A DNA stretch of 60,325 nucleotides, the filler included, from Sphacelaria rigidula (lineage: Eukaryota), in the NCBI GenBank assembly GCA_964200075.2. It is 4 parts of 4 records of this genome, joined end to end, with 100 filler letters (N's around TTAATTAATTAA, not from the genome) between each part and the next. Parts side by side here need not be neighbours in the genome. Positions count along the whole stretch, not along the records: positions 1 to 15,007 come from CAXNAA020001944.1; 3 more parts are not named here. One strand, written 5' to 3'. This document shows positions 1 through 11,854 of the stretch, piece by piece (position 1 is the first letter of the stretch; each line of letters starts with the position of its first letter). Made by a program: the position numbers and the translations under genes. The notes under the pieces are model-generated. The model had not been told where the DNA came from. It saw only the letters and a program-made list of their open reading frames with translations, and made no database searches.

Positions 1-98
1 AACGCTGGAATAAAGCCTAGGGATTGGTTCGTCACGAGTCGACTCATCATACTACAACCAAGTAATTTCCAGACGAATAATTTTTTATCCGACCCTTG
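1..98 (-). mobile_element. hAT-type MITE end (CAAGGGTCGGA family)
   Basis: Reverse complement of ~22291-22365; ends TCCGACCCTTG. Confidence 0.8.
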
Positions 99-601
99 GT
101 AAAATCCGAGTTTGAGATACCTGCGACGACATGCGAAAAGGAAAGTGATTCCGTGGCTGCTGCATTCCCCCGTAGTGTGTGGTAGACGTTATTGGGTTGA
201 GGCGACCATTCGACTACGAAAATGACACCTCCTCATATAATATGGGAAAAACTGATGCACAATACATGAGTGCAGGCATTCTTTAAGCTGTATGTGGTGT
301 AGATGAACATACCCCAGGTCACGCGCGTTCCTCGGAAGTCTTTGTCGTTTTTTTCGTACTCTTCCCATTAGTACGTGCATAGGGCTAAGGGCCATGCACT
401 GTAAAATTTTCAATTTCTCGTGGAATTATGTTCGAACTCTAACCTGGTGAGGAGAGACACACGCATGTGTGTATGTCTGGGTTACGTTTGGTGGGTCATA
501 TGAACCGACCGGTCACTCTCGGACAGCCGGGGTGGTTCATCAGAATCATAGGGGTACGTTCGTTTTCAACTCTTTGACGGCTTCGATTTCACTTGAACAA
601 A

Positions 602-618
602 GACACTTTCTACGATAG

Positions 619-650
<32 letters not shown>

Positions 651-760
651 CCAGGGCGAGCCGCAGAGCTACAGACCTCAGANNNNNNNNNNGAAAATCA
701 AAATGGGAAAAGCCGAGCACAACGAGAAGCTGGGAATTCCCACGCTTGGGTTCGTTCTTG
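602..760. mobile_element. Partial copy of the 31571-31819 MITE family
   Basis: GACACTTTCTACGATAGCCCC and AAAAGCCGAGCACAA..GCTGGGAATTCCC.CGCTTGGGTTCGTT match the reverse complement of ~31696-31819. Confidence 0.7.
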
Positions 761-1625
761 TCAATCACAGTGGATTCTCGAATATAGGGTTCAAAATAAG
801 AATGAGGTTCGACTCAATACCGGGGATACATTTTCACAACAATAAACTGTACTAGACTGTACAATACAATTGCATGCGGTACAGTGCGCTATACCGCCGT
901 GCGTATACGTGCGGCGCCATGTACAGTAGATAGCTGGCTATAAATACCATGTAGATGCCTGCATGCAGCTTATTTTGATATATGGGGCGGGTGTTATATA
1001 CCGTCACGAACTCCAGTTTTTCACGCACGCGTTCCAGCACAGCATATTTGCGCGCACATGCATCAGCTGCATGCTGCTGCAGCACAGTAAGTGGGGCGTG
1101 AAAGGGAAGGGAAAAAATACAGTACAGACAGCGCAGGACAATGTATGTATGTTCTCTACCTACAGTACAACGTGAAAAGGACTTGAACAGCGTGCAGCAT
1201 ATTGTACGCGGCCTGTATGCTGCACTATATATGTTATATCGCGGTGCGTCCGCAGCATACATATTATGGTGAGTGCTATGCATAATATAGGCGGCCGGTT
1301 GATATTGCTCCTCGCACCCGCCTATATATACGCACCCGCCCGCGTATGTCGTCGTCGCGCGCGATGTCGCGACTGCCATGAAAGAAGGTGCTCAAGTTTC
1401 CGCCAACAACGAGAAATGCATCATATCCACCCGCACGTCAGTGTGTATATATGTCTATATATATCCCTGTGCCCAACCCGTGCTCTTTGCTGCGGGATTG
1501 TGGTGGTATAGCTGCATGGGCGGAATAATAATAATACTGTTGTGCGCGAGCGGTTATATGTGTTTATTGATGTTCGATTTGTGTGAAGTGATAAATATAC
1601 GGAGTGATGGTCTACATATACTATT

Positions 1626-2595
1626 CATATACGATTGATTTAGTGATATTTTCTAAATATGGTTCGGGTTTTGTGAAAAATGTACATACATTGACGAGGT
1701 ATACCCGGTCATGCGGCATCTTCGCACCTTTCCAGGGGCTTCAGACGAAGAATAGGTGTGGACATACACACGTATCCAACGTGTGGGATCTCTATTCAGC
1801 GAAAGCGGTTCAGAGCTTTTTTTCTTTAGCCCATGTACACATGGACTGGGAGGCAAAAGGATGAATATCTTTCAGCAACGTCTTCTGCGTGTCGGATCCC
1901 ATGCGCCGGTGATAATGCAGTATGCGGGATTTGCCCAGCAGCTGACGCTGCTCGCAATATAAATTTCTTTGCCCCCGATCTCTGGATGGAATTGGAGGGA
2001 CAAGTAGATACTTATTTTGAGCTTCTTCTGCTGTTCAAATTCCGAATCTGCCGGTTTGCATGGGATTTGCGCAGCAGAAGAAGCTGTTCGAAATAGATCC
2101 TTTTTTCGCTCATCTCAAAAAAGGGCGAAAAAAGGATCGATCTTGAACAGTTCCTTTTGCTCTTCTAAATAAATCCGTTTTTTTGCCGAAATAAATTGGG
2201 CCAGAAGATGATCTCTTTTGGATCTAGCTTGTCCTGCTGTCAAAAATAAATTCATTTTCGCTCGATTCAAATCGGGTGAAGAGGAATTTACCTCGGACAG
2301 GAGGACAAGGTACTGAAGATATATAAATTTACAGATTTTGTACCAAAATATTTGGAATTTTCGAAAACAAAACTTGAGTTTTTTTCACCAAAACACTACC
2401 ACATGACTGTGCAGGGCCTTGCCGACGTGCCTACACAGGGCTGCAAATCCAACCCTGGGGAAAAACCTATCAAAACGCTGCGATGGGTACAGATTTTGCA
2501 TTTCACTGTCAGGGTTTTTTCACAAAGACTGTGGAGGACCCTGTACGAACCCTGCACAGTGCGCCCCACAGGGTGCTATCTGTCCACGGGTGTAA
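1626..2595 (+). repeat. Left arm of ~1 kb inverted repeat
   Basis: Colinear with the reverse complement of ~11855-12745. Shared blocks include GGCAAAAGGATGAAT, GAGCTTCTTCTGCTGTTCAAATTCC, GCATGGGATTTGCGCAGCAGAA, CAGATTTTGTACCAAAA and ACAGGGTGCTAT. Confidence 0.85.
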
Positions 2596-2690
2596 AACAC
2601 CAAACGTCACATGTGGCCTGCGCTATGTTACTGAGCATAGCCTGGATAGTCTATGCCAAAGTCTATCCCTAACACTCCTCCTCAATGGAA
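2591..2690 (-). repeat. Second short LTR-like segment with PPT junction
   Basis: TAACACTCCTCCTCAATGGAAGTT (2670-2693) mirrors TAACACTCCCCCCAATGTAAGTT (3345-3367). Segment 2591-2674 begins TGT and ends ACA. Confidence 0.4.
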
Positions 2691-3155
2691 GTTGCCTGCG
2701 CCAATATTACTCCGTGTTACGTGGTTGTCAAATGCAACTTATCAACCCCAATGAACACCTCACTTACTCCCCCCCAAGTGTCAACTTGATATGGTGCTTC
2801 TTACGTTGGCACGATACCTTGTGGAAGTAAATGTCAATGACCAAACAAGTTTTTATTCGCTTCTAGAATTTTCACCTGCTTCCCATGAGCCAAACCAATT
2901 CCATTACTACAACAACAGCAATGAATGCTACTTGTTGAACAATTTGCATACTATGCATGAGTTACAATTGCCCTATGAGAAATACAAACTACACGCGGAT
3001 GTTGTCCTACCCTCAAAACGACTACTTGTACTCTCTTCGCGATACCGGTGCTGCAAGGAAATCTCGCGGGATTATTAAAAACCAAAACAAGAAAAAATGA
3101 TCATGCAACAGATCTGGCTGTACCTCTTCTCTTTCTAGAATATCAGACACATGCA

Positions 3156-3349
3156 TGTTCTAGACCAGTCTTGGTCTAGAAGCTTGTTCTGGAAACTACT
3201 GTTCCAGGAACCAAAGTACCATCCTACGTGGCCTACTTGAACCAACTACTGTTCTTGAAAACGTTCCTAAGATACTGTGTACGCATTTAGATCCCGACTG
3301 CTATAATACTACTGAACATTGACTTATATCGCTTTGCTAATCCATAACA
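3156..3349 (-). repeat. Putative copia 3' LTR with adjacent polypurine tract
   Basis: The minus strand reads ATTGGGGGGAG (PPT, 3350-3360) directly followed by TGTTATGGA. The candidate far end at 3156 gives TGTT...AACA termini; that boundary is uncertain because no partner LTR is available. Confidence 0.6.
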
Positions 3350-3718
3350 CTCCCCCCAATGTAAGTTTCGTGATACTGCTTCAACAATAAATACTTCACA
3401 TTCATCCAAAGACATACTGTAGCCTAGATCATACGTTGTGTCGACTACTTCCCCTTAATGCAAGGAATGGAAACCTTTGAAATGCATTTCATGGCATGCA
3501 ATCTTCTGCAGGGTGTACTCAAGAAAGAGAGATACACTGATGTACCAAACACCAAAGTATATAATCCAACGCAAAAATATTGCTAAAACTACGTAGTAGC
3601 GAATCCTGGACTATTGATGACTACTAGTCCCTAATCGCTGAGTCAAAACAGGGCGATCCCTGAATTTTGTAGATTGAAGTTCTTGGTCGAAGATCCTTGT
3701 TGAAGATCGTTAAGCTTG

Positions 3719-6700
3719 TCACGTCCCGAAGTTCTTGATCTTGCCGATGAGATACTTGTGACGTTGCTTGTTCACGTGCTTTGTCCCGAGGTCGGCGAGG
3801 TTGTCCTCGGTGGGAACATAGTGGATGGATATCCTTCCCTCCTTCACAATCTCGTGGGTGTAGAAAAAGCGTAGTGCCACATGCTTTGTGCGCCCGCTGA
3901 AGGTCTGGTTGCCGATCACGTTGAGTGTAGCGGTGTTGACGATGTACAGTGGCGCGCTCCTGAACTCATATCCGAATCCCAGTTCCGTCATCATGTTGGT
4001 GCAGAAGATCACTTCCTTCATCGCGAGTGCTGGAGCCACCAGCTCGGCCTCGAAAGTAGACATGGCAGTCAGGCTTTGAAGTCTGGACTTGAAGCTCACC
4101 GGCGCCTTGGACATCATCATGATGTACAATGACGTGGACTTCCCGTTGTCCGGGTGTTGCCACAGTTGGAGTCTGAGAGTGCCCTGAGGTCCAATCCTCC
4201 TTTCTTGTACAAGATGCTGCAGTCCCTCGACCCGGAGGGGTAGCGGAGAAGATGCTTTGTTGCTCCCATGTGGATCTTCGAAGGGTTCGACATCGCCCGT
4301 GCAAGTTGATTGGCGCAGTACATGATGTCGTAGCGGGTGATTTGAGCCAAGTACATGACGGAACCAATGATTGTGCTGGTATCGCTGCTTCTCCTAGGCA
4401 TTGAGTAGCGTCTCCTCTAGCTGTTTCACCGACAGCTCTGGACCGAATCCGGGGATGCTGAGAGGCTTGCAGCTTCCCATGCCAAATCTGTCCAGAATAG
4501 AGTTGGTGGAGGTTTCCTAGCTGATGGTCAGCGTTCCTTGTTCTCGGTCGCGTGTTACTTGCATCCCCAGGACGAGCGTTACGTCTCTCATGTCCGTCAT
4601 CCTGAACTTGTCCATCAGCTTTTTCTTGATTGTCTCGATCACTGGAATGTCACTTCCGATGATGAGAAGATCGTCCACGTAGAGAGTGAGAATAACGACC
4701 GTTTTGTCGTGGTCCTAGATGTAGACGCAGGTGTCGGACTTGAGCGGGACAAATGCAATTTCCACTAGGCTCGGGTCGATGGTATTCCACCAGTTCTGGG
4801 GGCTTTGAGCCAGCCCATAGAGGCTCTTTTTCAGCTTCATCACAAGCTGGAGTCCCTCCTTGTTCTGAGTCATCCTACGATGGGGGGGAGGGTAGTTTGG
4901 GCCACTTCTTGCACGAAATTCCAAGTCAAATCGTCGTTGAAAGGAGCAATGAATGGTTGCTCCAACGAGCTTGCTATAGATGAATATTGCTCATTCATCT
5001 CGATTGACACCGTTTTGAACCAAACACAAGCGCACCGCGAGTATGGCAGGTCGTCTGACACACTTTCGAGCCTCTTTTTGCGGGCAATCAAATACCCCCT
5101 CCCCCATCGTAGGATGACTCTTCTTTGTTTCGTAGCCTGGAGCCATTTCGACGAGCACATCTTCCTCGATATCCGCGTAGAGGAAGGGGGTTTTGACGTC
5201 CAGCTGGATGACCTCCAAATCCTTCTCTGCTGCTATGGCGAGTACCATGCGGATGATCTGAAGTCGGCAGACAGGAGCAAACGTCCCTCCGCAGTCCCGT
5301 CCTGGCACTTGGTTCCATCCTTTAGCAACCAAGCGCGCCTTGTGCGTGTTGTCTGGCTTGGCCTTGAATACCCACTTCGAGCCGATAACTTTCTGTCCCC
5401 AGAGAACGTTGGTTCGTGGCACGAGTTTGTACACGTTGAGGTCTTGCAGGCTTTCCATTTCCTCGTTAGTCGCAGCCTTCCACAGCTTCGCTTCCGGCAA
5501 CTCCATGGCCTCCTTGAAGGTGTTCGGTATGGTCTTGACCTTCTCCCCCTCCGAACGACTGTGGATTTGGGTGTTGTTGGCGACGAAGGCGTATTCCAGG
5601 AAGTTGATTCTCTCCTCGCGAAGTCCGATGTCGGCCAATGGGGTGTTGGTGTAGAGGGCCAAGCGCCTCAGCTCGCTGATAGTCTTGGGCCTTACAGCGG
5701 TGTCACGAGCACATTGATTGGTGAGGGATGGTTTGTCGACCTTGGTTGTAGATCTCCTCCCCGCACGATTAGGTACTCGTGTGCTCGAGCGGAGGGTACG
5801 TCCAGTGACGCTTGGAGCAGGTGCAGGTTGTTCCCCTCAGATGATAAATCGTCATGTTCTGGTACACTTGGTGACGTGGTCTCGTTGTTGTCGGTGAGAA
5901 GGTCCTGACTGATGACCTCTTGTATATTGCTGACCAGCTGCTGCATGTCGTTAGTGTCCGATGATGAAGGCATGGCCGAAAGGTGACTCGTAGGCGACTG
6001 TAGGTCGAGGTATGGCGTGTAGTCCATCATATCACGCATCAGGTCGTCGTTGGTATTGTATCCAAGCTCATCTTCTTCGGATCTACTGACTGGTTCTTTC
6101 CCGGAGTCGTCGTCCTCGGCACCGCTGCTCGGCGTTGGGTCTGGTATGGTAGACAGATCTCGATAAAGATTACGTTCCTGCTTTCCCTGACGTTTCTTTT
6201 CTCTGGATTGTAGATGCGGAACGATTTGCTGTCCGTGCTGTATTCACAAAGACGTCCTTTCCAGGCCTTGGGGTCGAGTTTGCATGTGTGCCTTTCGACG
6301 TGCACGAATGCTCTGGCCCAACTGCCCAAAGATGTCCGAGGTTGGCGTCCTTGCCGTACAAAGCCTTGTACAGCGTGATGTTTCCCAGTGCTGCGTGTGG
6401 GACTCTGTTGCTTAGGTACACCGCCGTCTGCATCAGCTCTCCCCGAAGAAAGTTCTGTAATCTCGAAGCGGCGAGTAGGCAGCGTACCATGACTGCAAGG
6501 GTCCGCCCCGCACGTTCGTTTGCTCCGATTTCTTGGGGTGTGTTTGTGGAAGCGAACTCCAGCTGTACTCCCGATTTGAAGGCAGTACTACCGGAATTCA
6601 CGGCAGTTGTACTCTGTTCCTTTGTCTCCCCTAAGGCGGTCCAGCCTAAATCCAGTGGGGACAACCAGAGACAGATTGGATAGCTGAAGGGTTTCGATGG

Positions 6701-7560
6701 CGTCGCGCTTGGTCTTGATGAGGAAGATTTCCTTCCACTTGGAATTTCATCAACGAACTTGCTGACGTATTGGAACCCTCCCAGTGCGCGCGGCGATATG
6801 GGTCCCATCAGGTCGGTTGAAACCTGCTGGAAAGGTCTCGAAACGTCGTACGTCGCCTCCTTCGGGTGAGGGCGTTGTGAGCTTTCCCCAATGACGCAAA
6901 CGTTGCATGCCTCCATAGTTCTGGTGTAGTCGACTCCACTGTCGTCGATCTTCCTTAGCACATCCAAGCTCCTGCTGTTGATGTGTCCCAACCTGCGGTG
7001 CCTCAGGTCCGCTAACTCGGCCCGCATGGCCGTGTTCGGCGGGCTGTCCAATCCAAGAGACACAGAGCAGAGAGTGGTGTCGTTTCCAAGCCGCTTCAAG
7101 GGTACGATCACGTCATCCATCTCTAAGCGTGGCTGTGTCGAATCGAAGATCGTCGTCACTCCCATTCCTAATGCGACAAGAGGAGAGAAGAAGTGCCTCC
7201 CAAGTCCAGGTACCGCTATCGCTGGAAGCGACACTAGTTGTTTTTCCCCGTGTTGGTCGGTGAAGGTGCCTGTTGTGGTGCCTTTCGCTTTGCCTTCGAT
7301 GACGTGTTCTCCTGCGGTGGTTATCTGATGGCACTGCTCCAAAACATCATGGTCCCGCATAGGCTCCTTCAGCCCAGGATGAAGGTCGGTGTCCAAGTTG
7401 TGCCCGGACGACCCGCTGTTCACCAGACTTGTGATGGAAGTGCCGTTGGTCTTCCCAGTATGTTGGTGAGGGAATGCAGTTGCTCGTCTAGCCACGTAAG
7501 TCTCGCCGAACGCTGCGAATAGGACTGAGTCGTCCGATTGATTCTTGAGAAAGTCCTTCG
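3719..7560 (-). pseudogene. copia pol pseudogene
   Basis: The ORF track shows pol split into fragments (3719-4129 RNase H; 4117-4401, 4715-4924 and 4991-5662 RT; 6039-6329 and 6170-7846 integrase/protease). Confidence 0.9.
4867..5120. mobile_element. 254-bp MITE with ~28-bp TIRs and 4-bp TSD (Sola2-like), inserted in copia RT
   Basis: TIRs GAGTCATCCTACGATGGGGGGGAGGGTA and TACCCCCTCCCCCATCGTAGGATGACTC; TSD TTCT on both sides. Removing it restores the RT frame GYETKNKEG. Confidence 0.9.
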
Positions 7561-10163
7561 GTGCAGGTCCAAGGGCTATGACGGAATTGATTTTGTTGTC
7601 AGGCTTCGTGGAGCTGCTAGCAGTCGGCATCAACGACGAGGTCGCGACGGATGCATGTGATGGTATATGGCCGCGTGCGAGATTTGAACTAGTACAGTAG
7701 GATACCACGATTGATCTACAAACGATCGGCGGGTATGAAAAGATTCTAGTCGAATGTGTGCTTGTAAAGTAGATATGTAAGTGGTGTGTTTTTGGATCCG
7801 CGTTCTCAGGAATCTCCAGACTGGTCTGCGCATCCCGCTCGTGCAACTACGCACGTTCCCACGGACGCCTTGATTGGCTACAGCGTGGCGCGTCAGGCTG
7901 ATTTTGTAGTCGGATTGCTTGTATCAGATTGGTCATGTGCGGCACACGCCACCTAAGGCACGCGCCTTCGTGAGTTGATATTATAGCAAATTGTAAGCGA
8001 GGCAGGAGGACGTGTAGGTAAAACAGCGGAACATAGGCTGTCACCCACCTCCTCCACTTGTGACCCACTGGTCAAAGAGAGGCTTACCGTAGAACAAATC
8101 ACAAGAAGGACCATCAACTTTTCATCTGCTCTGCACGAAGTCTGACTCTCTGGCCAGCAAGTCGTTTCTCAAGAGGTGAGTGACGTATATTATAATCCCC
8201 TAGTGTATTTTGGCTTTTCCTTTTCTGAAAGAGCTCGGTGCTTACCGACAATAACAGCTGTCAGCTGTTGAAGTGCGCCGTGTGCGAGAGAAGCTTACTG
8301 CTTGAGTTAACGAGCCGAACACAGGATCAGCTTGCTATATCCCACCATAGGGGTGCGGCTTGCTCTGCTAGTGTAATCTTCGACACTTATGGGGCTTCAG
8401 CGGTAGGTTGTTTCATTCAAGCTGTAGGGTTTTCTCTCTCGGTCAACCGCTGTTTACACAACAGTCAAACACAAGCTCACGGATTTCGTTCAAAAACCTT
8501 GTTCTCTCGGCCCGTGTTTTTCACTCCATATTTGTGTACACGATTTATCGGTGTAACACGCGGGTAATTAGACAGCTTCTTAGACAGCTGCCTTCTCCTT
8601 TCCTTGGAGTTTGACAGACATTCCGACTCGATTTAGCTGCAGGTCTTCTATGTGACATACAGTACCCACGTTGGTTTCAGGCAACGGCGACCGAGCCACA
8701 AGGCGCCTCAGGTACGAGCGCACACGCGAGCCCTCTTTTGCTACACAACCGAACACCCCCCAAACCCCCCGCGACCGCCCCTGCTCACAGTCCGTCGATC
8801 CTGTATCAACCGAATCGACCGACATATGTCCCAACACACGCCGATTCATGCTTGCAGATAAGGAGTACGCGGGCTATTTCAATCGCTGCCGCTGCGCAGA
8901 CGATTCTTCTTTCCCAAACACGAAATGTTGAGCCCACCATGCACACTGAATAATATCGATGCGACATATTGGGCCAGATATGTAAGGGTTTTGTCTGTAC
9001 ACGAACATGATTGAACACGGCGAGGCGCGAGGCTCATGTTACTTGTACATAAGCTCTCGACTCTGTATTATTTTCACTTTCACACGGCACCAGGGTACAC
9101 TACAGTTTGATTGCCACCCCACCAACGCGCACTACAGTACATACTTGATCGTCCAGAAGGCCGCGTGCCTTTCGCGCTGAAAAATTGTTCCGAATAGAAG
9201 CACTGACGCCAGTACAGTGCCGTTTGAATTACAAATGGTCTCGGCGGGCAATATGTTGCGGAAGGGAGGTGTCGTGCTGTAGCATACGTTGGTACTGCTG
9301 CACTATCTGAACGAAGTTATCTATATTGTGTTGTAGATATGAACACGACGCGGGTATAGCACTGTGCCGGTTGTCCTTCGTGTGATTCGAACGAATTGAC
9401 ATTGGTCCTGTACCATTGACCCGACCCTCCGCTTCACCACCCGAATATCATGCGTGCTGTACTGTGCCACCCAGGAGTTTCTGTCCGGTACTTTGTGCGT
9501 TGCTGTTTGTACTGCACTACATACCTATATCGCGGTTGTGCGTGTCCATCTTTTAATTGTCTACCTGTACGATGTACGTTACCAAGACCCCAACTCGGCT
9601 ATTTTCAGTGAACTAGGCGGTCCTGTTATATGTGTATCGCCAGCTGCGCTGATATTGCCTCTAGAAAAACGATACGTCATCCGACAGTTGTTTTTTCTCA
9701 ACTTCAACATGTTCTCAAAACAGAACTGAGCGGTTTGACGTTGCTGTTCGCTGCGTCCTACACGCATATCCCTTCATGGCATGCAGGTTGGTACAATGCG
9801 CTGTTGCGCTGGTGAAATTCACTGTATGTCTGTTGATTGTGACAACCTTCGTTTTCTTCTTGTCTCTTTGCTGCTACACTTTATCTACCAACACACACAC
9901 ATACGGTTTGTTGTGTGCCTTCGACATTTCTATTTTCCTTTCGTCTGCATCTGATTGAAAAGGTGATAGACCGCTACGTGTGCGGAGTGCGCGGACCTAC
10001 ATGTCGATCGAAAACTGTCGACACTACCCTGCCATTGTATTCCTTTTATTTTTGTTCACTGCGCCTCAGTCCTCAACATCCTGTCTCCCACGACGAAACG
10101 TTCACTTTAAGCCCCCGCATATTGACGTTAACGATCTGGCGCAATTGCGCAGGTGTACGAGCC

Positions 10164-10916
10164 ATGTCTGGTATCGACCGCCCTTCGACTTCATCGGAGC
10201 ACGATGTCACGAAGAACGGTGCGCTCCCTACAGACAATTGTGAACAACCGTACAAGTCAACAACGCGTAGTGAGACGAGTGACAAAAACGAACCAGAACG
10301 TTGTGATGTTGATGATAGCGTCGTTGCAGGACGTATTTGCAGGGACGTCAGTGTGGATGAAGACAATCCTCCTCCACAGACTCACCCTGACCCCGTCAGT
10401 GCCCATTCCCCTGTACACCATCCAGCCACTCAAAGCGCTGATGGTGTTCCCACTCTTCTTTCCCAGATGACATCTCTCCACGTGAGCCCTGATGCTACGA
10501 AAACCTTCCCTGACGATGACCTCCGCACCCAAACCGGTGCTGAACCCTCTGATCGCCCCACTCTGGCTTTTGATACGTCGCCCGAATTGGAACAATGCCT
10601 GCCCACGCGTGACGAAACACACGACCGGCTTCGGCAAAAGCGTCCAGCCTTCATTCCCCCGCGCCATTGGTACAACGTTTCAGTAGCTGAACAAACAGCG
10701 TGCTGGAATCAGATCCGGAGCAACGATCTAGTACACATTGAACTCGAGCACAGAGAGTTAGAATTTGCCCGCCTACAGATATCTACGAATGTCCAGGAGC
10801 CCGCTCAGGCCTCCAATAATATAGATGTCCACCCCGAGAAGAAGCCAACGGAACAGAATGAACTAGAACGCGCGATACGCGAATCCACGGAGGCTATGGA
10901 AATTGCGGAGAAATAA
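10164..10916 (+). CDS. Hypothetical 250-aa protein (disordered N-terminus, C-terminal UIM-like helix), probably a truncated element-borne gene
   Basis: Part of the 333-aa ORF; GCCATG follows a GCGCAG acceptor-like site. Composition is S/T/D/P-rich and it ends EQNELERAIRESTEAMEIAEK*. Confidence 0.45.
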   Translation: MSGIDRPSTSSEHDVTKNGALPTDNCEQPYKSTTRSETSDKNEPERCDVDDSVVAGRICRDVSVDEDNPPPQTHPDPVSAHSPVHHPATQSADGVPTLLSQMTSLHVSPDATKTFPDDDLRTQTGAEPSDRPTLAFDTSPELEQCLPTRDETHDRLRQKRPAFIPPRHWYNVSVAEQTACWNQIRSNDLVHIELEHRELEFARLQISTNVQEPAQASNNIDVHPEKKPTEQNELERAIRESTEAMEIAEK

Positions 10917-11854
10917 TATAAGCTATCGACAAGAAGACACTTGGAAGCTTCGCGTCACTTTGGACTATGTTGGCAAGTCTGGCAATCACAACTGCGTTCG
11001 TACGGTCGCCTGCTCCGCCCCAGAAGCGACAACTGATTCACCGCCTGACCCACCTGACCTCGCACACTTTCAACCACATGCACCGGCCCACTCACAAAAC
11101 GGTAGACGTTTACACATGAGTGGACCTACTGCCGCGGCTAAACCCCGCCAGGGCGGTACCCACACAGCACTGATGCTCACCTCACAACTTGACAACCTTT
11201 TGGGAACGTTCTACAAGTTCCGGAGATTCCAAATAGCATATGGTGGGGTAACCCAGGACGCGTTGCTTAGCCCAAAACCTAAGCGCCGTCACCTGCTTGC
11301 TTATTTCCTACTTCTGTAGTTCATTTCTCATTGGTTGGTACAATCCCACAATTAGAAATAACAATGACCGGTAATTCACCGCAGAAGTATCCACCAATTT
11401 TATGTCGACAATTGTTTTCGCTCGGCCAGGTCACAAACATCACACACGTGAATCAACGGCGGCTACCGCGGCTTCAACCATGTGATGTGGGTTCCCTGGA
11501 TATGCTAACACTGCCTTGAAGGGTTCCAAGACAGTCGAAGCTCGTGCCCCGTTGCATGGCTATCAATTGAGCAGTGACCAAACCCAAGGTTTCAATCCTG
11601 GATTTGATCACCCAGTTTTACATCCACTAGGTACTAATCATATTCAATCGAATCCCCTCCCTTCGAAGGAGAGGAAGTCATGTTGTGCAGTTTCTCACGC
11701 ATCAGGAGCCGAAATATCTTCTGGTACGATAGACACTGCCTCTCCGACCGTTCATCGGAGAACACAAAATTCAAAGCCACACACTCAAGCACCCCCCAAC
11801 TGCTCAAGTGCCCGGCTAACCACCCTACCGAGTTCCGCAAAAGCTACGGTACCC

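Larger units (their letters stand above)
3156..7660 (-). mobile_element. Degenerate Ty1/copia LTR retrotransposon (protease-integrase-RT-RNase H; 3' LTR present, gag and 5' LTR not found)
   Basis: Copia domain order on the minus strand: protease LVNSGSSGH (DSG motif with D>N), GAG-pre-integrase HRRLGH...CNVC, integrase STDLMGP/TPQEIGANERAGRTL, RT SKWVFKAK..KARLVAKG/QLDVKT/LKKSLYGLAQSP, RNase H STFEAEL/RTKHVALRFF/NLADLGTK. Many frameshifts and stops. Confidence 0.95.

Noticed and set aside
852..1379. 175-aa minus-strand ORF
   Set aside because: Low-complexity alternating purine/pyrimidine DNA with no protein-like motif.
4805..5908. 367-aa + strand ORF
   Set aside because: Antisense shadow of the copia pol, running through the inserted MITE.
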